A stretch of DNA of 64,000 nt from an uncultured Phycisphaerales bacterium. GTDB taxonomy: Bacteria > Planctomycetota > Phycisphaerae > Sedimentisphaerales > Anaerobacaceae. The position numbers and the translations under genes were made by a program. The notes beneath the pieces are model-generated. The model had not been told where the DNA came from. It made no database searches and saw only the letters and a program-made list of their open reading frames with translations. The DNA lies in the NCBI GenBank assembly GCA_963772725.1, contig CAVYYI010000002.1, forward strand, positions 416,001 to 480,000, given 5' to 3'. The stretch's first letter is position 1; every line of letters starts with the position of its first letter. Positions 1 through 9,293 of this stretch are shown here, in pieces.

Positions 1-1
1 T

Positions 2-644
2 GCATTCAAGATTGAGCTTCATCTCAAAAAACTCTCAGAGCTGTATAAAGACAGCCCCTATTATTGCATCGCTCTTGATCCGCATCCGGCTATGACATCA
101 GAAGAGATAACTCATCCCCATGTAAGTTCTGAAAGGCTCTGTGAGGGTGAAGGCTGTGCCGCAATAAGAGCAGCCCTGGAGCAGGGAAGGTTATGTGATT
201 TTTTCACACTGGTAAGAAGTATCCTCAATACATACAGTCCTGACAGTCCGTATGTGTCTTTGTACGATTGGGACGGGGTTGCCTGCTATGGATGCGGGTA
301 TGTCTGTAATAGTGAAAACAGCTACTATTGTGAATACTGTGACAATACATACTGCGAGGAATGCTCTACTTACTGCCGCAGTTGTGACCAGACAATGTGT
401 ACCGGATGTATCGAGCAGCTGTGAAATCTGCGAGGAACGTGTCTGTCCAAACTGTATTTGCAAATGCTCAGAATGCGGCATCTCGTGTTGTCCATCGTGT
501 ATTGAAAATGATTTATGTGAAAACTGTAAAAAAGAATTGGAGGCCCAAAATGAAGAATCAGGAAACCAAACAGGAAGTACAACCGAAAAGTCTAACACAG
601 ACCAACCCGCAACCGATACCCCCAAAATCAAGCTTGCAGGCTAG
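2..644 (+). CDS. Prokaryotic E2 (ubiquitin-conjugating)-like protein with C-terminal Cys-rich multi-Zn-finger region; 5' truncated by window, one frameshift near 410
   Basis: Frame open from base 2 (AFKIELH...ALDPHPAMTSEEITHPHVSSERLCEGEG). The HPHV-x5-C spacing resembles the E2 HPN...C active site. CxxC repeats continue in the 252..644 frame after about base 410. Lies directly upstream of JAB and ThiF genes. Confidence 0.7.
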
Positions 645-1350
645 GAAAAACAGAAGATTAGCCCTGAGATTCAGTCCGACTGCCTGGGCAAAATTATTGT
701 ATTTCAGGGATAAGTCTGCCAACGAAGTAGGCGGATTTGCCGTAACAGGGCCCGATGACCTGCTTTTGGTTACTGACTTTATTACAGTAAAGCAGGAGGT
801 AACATCGGTCAGTGTAAAATTCGACGATATCGCTATCGCCGACTTTTTTGAGCAGCAGGTTGACCTCGGCAGAAAGCCGGAGCAATTCGCGAGAATCTGG
901 CTGCACACGCATCCTGCCGATTTTGCTGAGCCGAGCCTGACAGATGAACATACTTTTGCCAGGGCGTTTGACAACTGTCAGTGGGCTGTAATGTTCATCC
1001 TCGCAGAAAACAATAAATCATATGCCAGGTTGAGCTTTAACGTAGGTCCCGGCGGACAATTGTTAATCCCTGTTGAAGTTGATTACAGTCAGGATTTTGG
1101 GGCAAGCGATAAAACAGCATGGGATATAGAGTATCAGACCAATGTTAAGGCAGTTAGCTGGTCAGGTGAAATCGTTAACAGCAAGGAGGAACAAGCACCC
1201 GTAAGGATGGATTTTTCAGGTTCTGCCCTGCCTTATATTTTCCTCAACGAATTTGAAAAACTCGAACCTCCTGAACGTCGGATTGTTATGGACGAGTTGG
1301 CAGAAAGACCTGACCTGTGGGATGATGAAAGCGAGGTGATGTTCCTATGA
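550..1350 (+). CDS. JAB/MPN+ (JAMM) metallo-isopeptidase
   Basis: N-terminal EVGG glutamate plus WLHTHPADFAEPSLTD (HxH-x7-S-x2-D JAMM motif). ATG at 550 is preceded by GGAGG, a better start than 397. Confidence 0.88.
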   Translation: MKNQETKQEVQPKSLTQTNPQPIPPKSSLQARKNRRLALRFSPTAWAKLLYFRDKSANEVGGFAVTGPDDLLLVTDFITVKQEVTSVSVKFDDIAIADFFEQQVDLGRKPEQFARIWLHTHPADFAEPSLTDEHTFARAFDNCQWAVMFILAENNKSYARLSFNVGPGGQLLIPVEVDYSQDFGASDKTAWDIEYQTNVKAVSWSGEIVNSKEEQAPVRMDFSGSALPYIFLNEFEKLEPPERRIVMDELAERPDLWDDESEVMFL

Positions 1351-2018
1351 CACCAGAACAGATAAAAGAAAAATACAGCCGACAGAAAGATATTGTTCCC
1401 GCAGAACGAATTGCCGAATGTAAGGCTACTGTAATCGGCGTTGGCGCAATTGGCAGACAGGTAGCGGCACAGCTTGCAGCTATTGGAGTACCTTGGATGC
1501 AGCTTATTGACCACGATATCGTCGAAGAAAGCAATATCGCAAGCCAGGGGTATTTTGAAGATGATTTACAGCGATTTAAAGTTCATGCTACCGCGGATAT
1601 ATGCCAGCAGATTAATCCTCACCTTGAGCTTCATACAGTCAATGAACGCTTTAAAAGAGCTATGAAGATTGGCAATACTGTCTTTTGCTGTGTCGATTCC
1701 ATTGAAACGAGACGCCTCATCTGGGATGCTCTAAAGGACAAGGTGAATTTTTTCAGCGATGGCCGTATGAGTGCCGAGGTTTTGCGAATACTGACTGCAT
1801 GTGATTTGAAATCACGAAAACATTATCCTACTACCCTGTTTGCCGCTAACGAGGCTTTTGCCGGTCCCTGCACTGCTAAAACCACAATTTACTGTGCCAA
1901 TATCGCGGCGGGTTTTATGCTGGCTCAATTTACAAAATACCTGCGAGGATTACCTATTGATTGCGATATCCAATTAAACCTGCTCGCCTGCGAATTAAAT
2001 GTTGGTACTGTCAGCTGA
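1347..2018 (+). CDS. ThiF/MoeB/E1-like adenylyltransferase
   Basis: YSRQ, GVGAIG nucleotide-binding loop, DHDIVEESN, CVDS, DGRM and candidate catalytic Cys in GPCTAK. ATGA overlap with the JAB gene. Confidence 0.92.
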   Translation: MTPEQIKEKYSRQKDIVPAERIAECKATVIGVGAIGRQVAAQLAAIGVPWMQLIDHDIVEESNIASQGYFEDDLQRFKVHATADICQQINPHLELHTVNERFKRAMKIGNTVFCCVDSIETRRLIWDALKDKVNFFSDGRMSAEVLRILTACDLKSRKHYPTTLFAANEAFAGPCTAKTTIYCANIAAGFMLAQFTKYLRGLPIDCDIQLNLLACELNVGTVS

Positions 2019-2070
2019 TAAAAACTTGTCTTTGACTCTAATAAACTTCTAAAAATCGGAGGTTAATATT

Positions 2071-2289
2071 ATGGCTCAGAAAAACACAGATGAAAGTAAA
2101 ATAATGACATTAGCGCACTTTGAAAAGGTATTAGCCGCACTTGGCAAACTGGTTGATGATGATTTTGAGATATGGCTATCCTGTGATGAGGAAGGAAATG
2201 AGTTCCTGCCCATGTTAAGAGATTTGCAGCTTAGCCTGAATATTGATAAAACCGCAAAAAGGATAATATTCTTTCCCTCACACAGATAA
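2071..2289 (+). CDS. Small hypothetical protein
   Basis: 72-aa ORF with GGAGG RBS; no recognisable motif. Confidence 0.6.
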   Translation: MAQKNTDESKIMTLAHFEKVLAALGKLVDDDFEIWLSCDEEGNEFLPMLRDLQLSLNIDKTAKRIIFFPSHR

Positions 2290-2304
2290 CATATATCAGG
2301 TATA

Positions 2305-2360
2305 AGAGAAGTCAGATGACTTCTCTGCTTTTCCTCCGCGGCTGAGTTTTCTGGCCGCGG
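2305..2360 (+). terminator. Two consecutive hairpins after the Ub-like operon (possible terminator)
   Basis: AGAGAAGTCA-GA-TGACTTCTCT (2305-2326) followed by GCTTTT, then CCGCGG...CCGCGG (2336-2360). Confidence 0.4.
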
Positions 2361-2602
2361 TTCTTACACCTCTTAGCGGTAGCTCTGTCAAACAGATGTA
2401 TGACAACCTGGTAACAAATCGGGAGGGAATCATTTCCAAGCCGTAAAATCGTTCTCTTATTCCTGCATGGTGTTTTCATAAAAGAGCTTACGAGTCGTCA
2501 ATAAATTCTCATGAATATTGTTTCATTGATATACAAAGCAAAATGTGTATAATAAAAATAGCAGACGAGATAACCTAAATGCAGCTTTAATTTTGAGGAT
2601 TT

Positions 2603-3187
2603 TTGCCTGTGGATATTAACAAATTACAGCTTGAACGAAAAAGAGATGAAATATGGGCAATGGCCAGAGAGGATTTGGCATTATTTGAGAAATTTTTCAA
2701 TAAAGAGACTTCTGAGTCCGAAGCAATGCAAGTAGCTGTTATAAGCATAGAACTTATAGCCACTGAATTATACGTTTATCAAGATGAGATTGAGAACATC
2801 AGCAAGGAACTGTTGGACTTATACAGAGATGAAATAAACAGTGGTTCTATAGACACTCTCAGGTTCGTCAAAGAACAGAACAATATCATAAAGAATAAAA
2901 TTCTGAATGTCGGCAAGGCCGAAAAGACCAAGGAAGAATTACAACAGAGTCTTGACAATATTAGAGACAATATTGCCAATATAAGATTGATAACACTCTT
3001 TAACATAAACAAGTACAAAAATACTATCTTTAAGATATACAATGGACATATCGGCGAATCAAGCTATGATGGTAAAGTTACAGAAGAGGAGCAGGCTGCG
3101 ATAGCAAGATGTCAAGTCTTGGCACATCTGCTGCTATTGCTGAAAGATGCAGAGATTCAGTCTTTAGATGGCAGTTGGTTTGAATAA
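2603..3187 (+). CDS. Hypothetical alpha-helical/coiled-coil protein
   Basis: 194-aa AT-rich ORF, TTG start after GAGG; no known motif. Confidence 0.6.
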   Translation: MPVDINKLQLERKRDEIWAMAREDLALFEKFFNKETSESEAMQVAVISIELIATELYVYQDEIENISKELLDLYRDEINSGSIDTLRFVKEQNNIIKNKILNVGKAEKTKEELQQSLDNIRDNIANIRLITLFNINKYKNTIFKIYNGHIGESSYDGKVTEEEQAAIARCQVLAHLLLLLKDAEIQSLDGSWFE

Positions 3188-3379
3188 CCTTCCATAGGTC
3201 GCAAGCATACCATTCAAAAAACCATTGTTTCAATGTCAGTGAGTATATGATCATAGTATAAAATGTCCGATGGACGGCAAACGGATATATAATCAAGTTG
3301 CGCTCGTATGAAAACTTCCACATAATATCGGAAAGGTATAATCCCAAAAATATAAATAGTATCGCTACCAAATTTTAAA

Positions 3380-3772
3380 ATGGGCTTACCAATAAAAAAC
3401 AATTCTTATCACAGGAAAACAAAACAGGTAATCATGGTTGTCATTGTGGGCTTGATATTTATACTGACCGTAGTTCTAATATTAAGGTTCTTGGGAACAG
3501 GTGCAAGGGAGGACAAAGAGTTAATTGAGAAAAGTAACTCCACCGCTTCGTTCGAGGAAGCAAACCAGCTCAATATGGATATAAAGCTTAATCAAAAAGC
3601 CGGTAGAAACCAAACTTATGCAACCGAAGATATTTTGAATTTCACTGATCCAAAGATTTGTGTTCAAAAGTGGCGAGAGGATTTAATGACGATGGAGGAT
3701 GCACTGTATTGTATCGACAGGTATATGGAGTATTCAAAGTATAACAACAGCTCCTCACAGAAGGCAAGCTGA
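3380..3772 (+). CDS. Hypothetical single-pass membrane protein
   Basis: Basic N-terminus then hydrophobic VIMVVIVGLIFILTVVLIL. Confidence 0.6.
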   Translation: MGLPIKNNSYHRKTKQVIMVVIVGLIFILTVVLILRFLGTGAREDKELIEKSNSTASFEEANQLNMDIKLNQKAGRNQTYATEDILNFTDPKICVQKWREDLMTMEDALYCIDRYMEYSKYNNSSSQKAS

Positions 3773-3927
3773 TCAAGCTTATTTTCCCGGATTGATTATG
3801 CAAGCACATGAGAACCTCTGTATACGCCAAAATTACACATAAGAAACATTTTACAAAATATATTTAAGAACCTCGTATATTCGAGTATAAGAAAGCTTAA
3901 ATACTTCTTCTGCGTTATCATTTCAAA

Positions 3928-4140
3928 ATGACATTAGAAGATAAATCATACCAGCAAAAGAAGTCTGAGTTTTTGGAAGAGATCTGCGACAATACCAGGG
4001 CCATAAGGAGGGTCACTAATCGTATATTGGACCATCTTCATGAGTATCATGCCACAGGCCAGGATAATGGCTTAGAAGATTATGACCCGGATGCATTCAG
4101 TTGGAAAGATCTGGATAATAATGATGATATGTACAGCTGA
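3928..4140 (+). CDS. Small hypothetical protein with acidic tail
   Basis: 70-aa ORF, first of a co-oriented run. Confidence 0.55.
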   Translation: MTLEDKSYQQKKSEFLEEICDNTRAIRRVTNRILDHLHEYHATGQDNGLEDYDPDAFSWKDLDNNDDMYS

Positions 4141-4179
4141 GGCCGAAAAGTTTTTATAGTTCAAACCTGTTCTTGTCTT

Positions 4180-4500
4180 ATGAAAACCGCAGAGCTTCAA
4201 AAATCTCTCCGTTATCTTGCTGAACTTATGGATAACATGAAAGCCTTAATTGAATGGCAAAGGCTTAAGCAAATTGAGGCTTATTGTAATCGAGGTAGTT
4301 CACTTAGGTTTTATGATTCAACAGGTGAGCAGCTGTTTGATAAATACAACGATTTTTTATTTGAAGCTAGTTGGCTTAGAAAACAATTGCGCAGGTACAA
4401 AAATCAGATACCGCCAAAAGAATTCCAATCCATGACCTCTCAATTAAATAAACTTCTGGCGAAATTATATTATCTTGGGACCGAGGTGAGAATCTATTAA
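4180..4500 (+). CDS. Hypothetical helical protein
   Basis: 106-aa ORF ending 1 nt before the next ATG. Confidence 0.6.
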   Translation: MKTAELQKSLRYLAELMDNMKALIEWQRLKQIEAYCNRGSSLRFYDSTGEQLFDKYNDFLFEASWLRKQLRRYKNQIPPKEFQSMTSQLNKLLAKLYYLGTEVRIY

Positions 4501-4501
4501 A

Positions 4502-5071
4502 ATGGCATGGTTTGCTAACTTGTTCAGGAAAAAAATCCACAGAAGGAAAACACGCAGAGCCATAAATTATTTAAAAATGTCGAAATTGCAGATGGATATT
4601 GAAATCCTGTCTGATCGATTAAATACGGTAGATACCCTGTTACAGAGGCACGATAAGGCCATCAAAGGGCAATGGAAGGTAATTAACAGTCACTCAACCA
4701 AACTGGCAAAGCTCGAGGAGATAGCAGCCAATCCCACGATTAAACCGGCTACTGAGGCGGCTAATCAATTTAATCGGCTAATCCAGGCGACCAGACAACC
4801 GTTCAATCAACAGGATAAGTTCGATATCAACCAGTTCTCTCAGCAGGAAAAAAAGATTTTAGCAGTGTTTTTTCAAAACAAGGATATTGCTCTTTCTTAT
4901 TCCGATATAGCAAAGACCTTGGGCAAATCCCCAAACACAATAAAAAACGAACTCAGGCAGATTACCATAAAGGCAAATCTCTTTGATTACACTATAAGCG
5001 ATGAAAACAGGAAGCGATTCAAACTCAAAGACAATCTGCGAATTGAAAATTACCTCAATATAGCTGCCTAA
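4502..5071 (+). CDS. Coiled-coil plus C-terminal winged-helix DNA-binding protein
   Basis: FSQQEKKILAVF...LSYSDIAKTLGKSPNTIKNELRQI...NRKRFKL fits a wHTH pattern. Confidence 0.75.
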   Translation: MAWFANLFRKKIHRRKTRRAINYLKMSKLQMDIEILSDRLNTVDTLLQRHDKAIKGQWKVINSHSTKLAKLEEIAANPTIKPATEAANQFNRLIQATRQPFNQQDKFDINQFSQQEKKILAVFFQNKDIALSYSDIAKTLGKSPNTIKNELRQITIKANLFDYTISDENRKRFKLKDNLRIENYLNIAA

Positions 5072-5413
5072 ACGACTTACCAGTCAGGCCTAATCAACCA
5101 AACCTTATCGTGCAGGCGATTTTACTCGATCAGACAGTTGGCCAAACCGCTGCTGCCGGCAAAAGTAAAACCATCAGAAAAAGTGAAGGTTTGCTATGTC
5201 ATTTCTTTTTACACACTACATCTGTGAATTTGGCATCTGCAGGAAACTGTTGATAATCGTTTTACCGAATATCTGGCGGTGTCGTTTGTTTTTGAGTTTT
5301 CAGGCAGAATTATTTATTCTGGCAGTTTATACGCATAGTGAAGTTTACGATTAAAAACCAATAAATTTATAAATCCTTATCACTTTAAATGTTCAGGACA
5401 GTTTACACGTACC

Positions 5414-6502
5414 ATGGATATCGAACAATACCTCTCTGAAAAGCAGAACCAGATCAAAAAAAGCACTGAGCGAATAAAATATTTTCACGTCTTTGACTTT
5501 AATTTCATACCAGATAAACCGCTCATGAGGAAAGAGGTAAAACCAGTCATAGATGCATTATTAAGGTATCAGCAGACAGGTATCGCCAATAATGTCCTCA
5601 TCTTAGGCTCAAAAGGTTCAGGCAAGAGCCTGCTGGCCAGGTACCTGATGAGAATAATGGCAAACACAGAAACTCTTAATTTTCTCTATGTCAATTGCAG
5701 GCAGTACAACACAAGCTATAAAATCCTTGCCTATGTACTCCAGACAAGACCGCGGGGCATAGGTTTAGATGAGTTATGGCAGAGGTTTACCCGTATCTAT
5801 ACCGCCAAAACCATCTTTATTCTCGATGAAATTGACCTTATCAGCGAAAAGGACAAAAATAAGGATATCCTTTACCTGCTTAGTCGCTCGACCAGCAATT
5901 ATATGGCCATTCTTTTGAGTAATAACCCAAAGTTTGCAAATACCCTTGACCAGTCGATTATGAGCACCTTGCAGCCTGAAATCATCCATTTTAGCAGTTA
6001 TAATGCTGCGGAAATACAGGATATCCTTACAGAACGAGCAAAGGCAGGCTTAAAAACAATACCAAAACCACAGATAAGCCAGATTGCCGCAATGACTGTA
6101 AAAAATACCAATTCTGATGTGCGGGTGGCAATAAAGACATTATACTCATGGGCGATGGAGCCTAAAGTTGAATTACAGATGCATTTTGAAAAGGCAAGGC
6201 GGGATATTATGTTTGATGTGGTAAAGGATTTGAATGACAAAAATCTGCTGATGTTAAAAGCAGCCATGTCGTATCCAGCCGGTTACGTAAAAGATATCTA
6301 CCAGGCCTACAGGAAAATATCTGTCGACTTTAATGAAGAGCCGTTCAGCTATATGCACTTTTATTCAAACTTATCTTATCTTCAAAGCCTGGGCCTGATT
6401 ATCCTCATATCAACAAAGGTTTACCGGACCCATACAAACCGGATACAGCTGACATTTGATCCGGAGATTCTTAATTCAATATGGCAGCCTCGATTTGAAT
6501 GA
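5414..6502 (+). CDS. Orc1/Cdc6-type AAA+ replication initiator with C-terminal winged helix
   Basis: Walker A GSKGSGKS, YVNCR motif, Walker B ILDEID, IHFSSYNAAEIQDILTERA, sensor-II SDVRVAI, and wH tail (KDIYQAYRKI...FYSNLSYLQSLGLI). Confidence 0.87.
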   Translation: MDIEQYLSEKQNQIKKSTERIKYFHVFDFNFIPDKPLMRKEVKPVIDALLRYQQTGIANNVLILGSKGSGKSLLARYLMRIMANTETLNFLYVNCRQYNTSYKILAYVLQTRPRGIGLDELWQRFTRIYTAKTIFILDEIDLISEKDKNKDILYLLSRSTSNYMAILLSNNPKFANTLDQSIMSTLQPEIIHFSSYNAAEIQDILTERAKAGLKTIPKPQISQIAAMTVKNTNSDVRVAIKTLYSWAMEPKVELQMHFEKARRDIMFDVVKDLNDKNLLMLKAAMSYPAGYVKDIYQAYRKISVDFNEEPFSYMHFYSNLSYLQSLGLIILISTKVYRTHTNRIQLTFDPEILNSIWQPRFE

Positions 6503-6580
6503 ACCATTTTTCTGCGATACCTCAAAACCAAAAAGTATATAAACTCCAAAATCATTCTATTACTACTTAGGAGTTACAAA

Positions 6581-7148
6581 ATGATGCCGAATAAAACTTA
6601 TGAATTGAGGAATCTGTATTTCCAACAGAGTCAGTACTCTGTTCCGCAAGCCAGATAGCTGTGACTACACTTCAATACTTCAATGGCCTAAGAAGGGTTA
6701 TTTTGAAACATTCAAGCCCGATGCTGATTTGCTGCAAAAAGCACTTTCACCTTTAGAGAAGTCTGTCAGTAACAGCATAGCTGACCAGGTATTCGGTAAT
6801 CAAAAGCAGCTTGAGTATCTGGGCTTAAAGCATTTGGCAAATCTTTTCTATGAGCGATGCCAGCTTCATAAACAGCACATTTATGACATTGACCACCGAC
6901 ATCTTGCAAATACAGGAAAAGAAATTCGGCGTTGAAATTAACCATACTCCTGAAAACGCCAAGCGGCTTTCAAACCTTGAAGGCCAGTTATTACAGCTTG
7001 AGCAGCAAAGAAGGGATGAAGAGCTTGCCTTCTGGAAAGACACAGCCGAACTAAGAGAAAAACTATTTGAAGGCGCTGCTGCATATAAAGATGCTAACAC
7101 AGCGTCACTCGGTCTTTCGCAGATGTGGAGGCTGACTATGACAGATAA
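6581..7148 (+). CDS. Coiled-coil protein, reconstructed across about 3 frameshifts
   Basis: ATG 6581 after AGGAG. Joins the 6729..6935 frame, then LEGQLLQLEQQRRDEELAFWKD, and probably ends ...ADVEADYDR* at 7148. Confidence 0.55.
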
Positions 7149-8805
7149 CACAAGTTCTGTAAATGTACGGCAGCTTTGCCTGCAACTAAAGCCTATTTTC
7201 GGCTCAAAGGTTGATACAATCTATTCTGCTTACCTGGCAGAAGATGACCAGGGTAAAGAACAGATCGAGCATTATCTTCAACTGTTAACCGCAAAATACC
7301 TGCCAACCAAACTGGGACAGGTCGAGGCAGTCCTTCTGCCGCCCCTGAAAGAACAGGCGGCAGGTGAATATCATATTGGCACAGTTGAATATGCCGGGAA
7401 AGATATCTGTCAATTCGGCCTTCGGGAAGATGAATGGATTCAGCATACCGCTATCCTCGGCAGAAGCGGTGCCGGGAAGACTAATATCGGTTTTTTGATA
7501 CTTCAGCAGCTCAAACAAAAAGGAAAACCGTTTTTGCTATTTGACTGGAAAAGGAATTACAGGGATTTACTTTCTTTGCCGGAATTCAAGGATGTAGAGG
7601 TTTATACCCTTGGCAGAAACATCGCGCCATTTAGATTTAATCCCCTGATTCCGCCGCAGGGCACAGATCCAAAGACCTGGTTAAAAAAGCTAAATGAAGT
7701 AATCGCCAATTCGTATTGCCTGGGAAACGGCTGTTTATTTTTACTTCAACAGGCTGTCGATACTGTCTATGAAGAGGCAGGTGTATATGATGGTACTGTT
7801 GAAAAATGGCCTACATTTAAGGATGTTTTGATTAAGGCAAGGGGTATGGATACCCGTGGCAGAGAATCCGGCTGGCTATCTTCGACATTAAGGGCTTTGG
7901 CATCGCTCTGCTTTGGTGACATGGATAAACTGGTAAATTCAAATAATAACAAAAGCATTGACCATATCCTTGATAAGAACGTTATCCTGGAACTCGATGC
8001 CCTAACACAATCAGATAAAACTTTTTTTATTCAGTCGGCTATGCTTTATCTGCATCATAAGAGAATGACCGAACAAAGAAGGGAGGATTTCAAGCATGCA
8101 GTTATCATTGAGGAGGCCCACCACATCTTAAGTGATGAGAGAAGGTCTCTTGTAGGGGGGCAATCTGTTATGGATATAATATTTCGTGAGATAAGAGAGT
8201 TCGGCGAAAGTTTAATATTGCTCGATCAGCATCCCTCGAAAATATCCCTGTATGCCCTTGGGAATACCTATTGTACGATCTGCATGAATCTAAAACACAA
8301 AACCGACATCAATGCCGTGGCCCAGTGTATGCTTTTGGATAAAGAAAAGGATATCTTGGGCTCACTTGATATAGGCCAGGCAGTTATAAAACTTCAGGGC
8401 AGAATTGCCAGGCCGTTCCAGGTCTCAATACCGCTTTTTGCAATTGAAAAGGGTAAAATCTCGGATACTTTAATAAAAGAGCATATGCAAGATATTGCTC
8501 CGGCAGAGCCCCAGGAGGATTTTCGTCTGCCGGCCAGGACAGATGAAAATATTAATATATCGAACAATAAAGTCAACTTGGCTGAGAGCATGGAAAAGGC
8601 TTTCTTGCAAGATGTTCAAAACTACCCCGACAGCGGGATAGCCCTCAGATATAAACGGCTGGATTTGTCAGTTAGGCAGGGTCAAAGACTAAAAGCCCAG
8701 GTTTTGCGGCAATTGCTCATTGAGCAATCTATTGAAACTACTAAAACCGGCAGGAAGATATCCATCCATCTGACTGAAAAGGGCAAAGCAATATTGTCTG
8801 CCTGA
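7138..8805 (+). CDS. HerA/FtsK-superfamily (DUF87-type) P-loop ATPase with C-terminal wHTH
   Basis: HTAILGRSGAGKT Walker A, FDWK, AVIIEEAHH Walker B, REIREFG, DQHPS, C-terminal ...IHLTEKGK. ATG 7138 has a GGAGG RBS. Confidence 0.85.
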   Translation: MTDNTSSVNVRQLCLQLKPIFGSKVDTIYSAYLAEDDQGKEQIEHYLQLLTAKYLPTKLGQVEAVLLPPLKEQAAGEYHIGTVEYAGKDICQFGLREDEWIQHTAILGRSGAGKTNIGFLILQQLKQKGKPFLLFDWKRNYRDLLSLPEFKDVEVYTLGRNIAPFRFNPLIPPQGTDPKTWLKKLNEVIANSYCLGNGCLFLLQQAVDTVYEEAGVYDGTVEKWPTFKDVLIKARGMDTRGRESGWLSSTLRALASLCFGDMDKLVNSNNNKSIDHILDKNVILELDALTQSDKTFFIQSAMLYLHHKRMTEQRREDFKHAVIIEEAHHILSDERRSLVGGQSVMDIIFREIREFGESLILLDQHPSKISLYALGNTYCTICMNLKHKTDINAVAQCMLLDKEKDILGSLDIGQAVIKLQGRIARPFQVSIPLFAIEKGKISDTLIKEHMQDIAPAEPQEDFRLPARTDENINISNNKVNLAESMEKAFLQDVQNYPDSGIALRYKRLDLSVRQGQRLKAQVLRQLLIEQSIETTKTGRKISIHLTEKGKAILSA

Positions 8806-9293
8806 TATCCTATACCCTACGCCCGGTAGCATATGTTTATTTGCGAGCTTCGATAAGACAGTTTTTATATCTCAGTAGTATCAATACTTTAAGCAAAGAG
8901 AGTGCATTTTACGCGTCAAATCGATCGTTTAAGGCTATGGTATTGTTTATTGTTTTTGGTCTAGCATACCGCCGACTATATCGATCGTTCTCGCTTTGTT
9001 ACAGCTATTAGAAAACAATTGCCTTTATAAATTTTTCTCACTACTTTCAAGTAATTATACCCTCAAATCCAACCACTTCACATCCCATTATCTCTTACGC
9101 ATAAACTTCACATACACATCCGGCATATCTTTAAACAGTTATATAGTATTTATACCGGTTTAACATATTATTGACACGGCCGGTTATCTCTAATATAATT
9201 TGTTGAAACTCTTGCGGTATATTATAGTAAACTTTCAGGCAGATACATAAAACTTAAGGCCTCAAATTATGGTTGAGACAGTTTTGAGATTAA

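Noticed and set aside
397..549. N-terminal extension of the JAB protein
   Set aside because: It overlaps the Cys-rich coding frame; ATG 550 has a GGAGG RBS.
2071..2289. Candidate ubiquitin-like modifier of the E1/E2/JAB operon
   Set aside because: No C-terminal Gly motif and no evident beta-grasp pattern.
5140..5200. Possible c-di-GMP-I riboswitch
   Set aside because: Only a GGCAAAA-like fragment; the GAAA tetraloop/receptor and second stem are not present.
6850..8805. 651-aa coiled-coil/ATPase fusion from the ORF track
   Set aside because: An RBS and ATG at 7138, plus an alternative-frame stop at 7148, suggest two genes joined by an indel.
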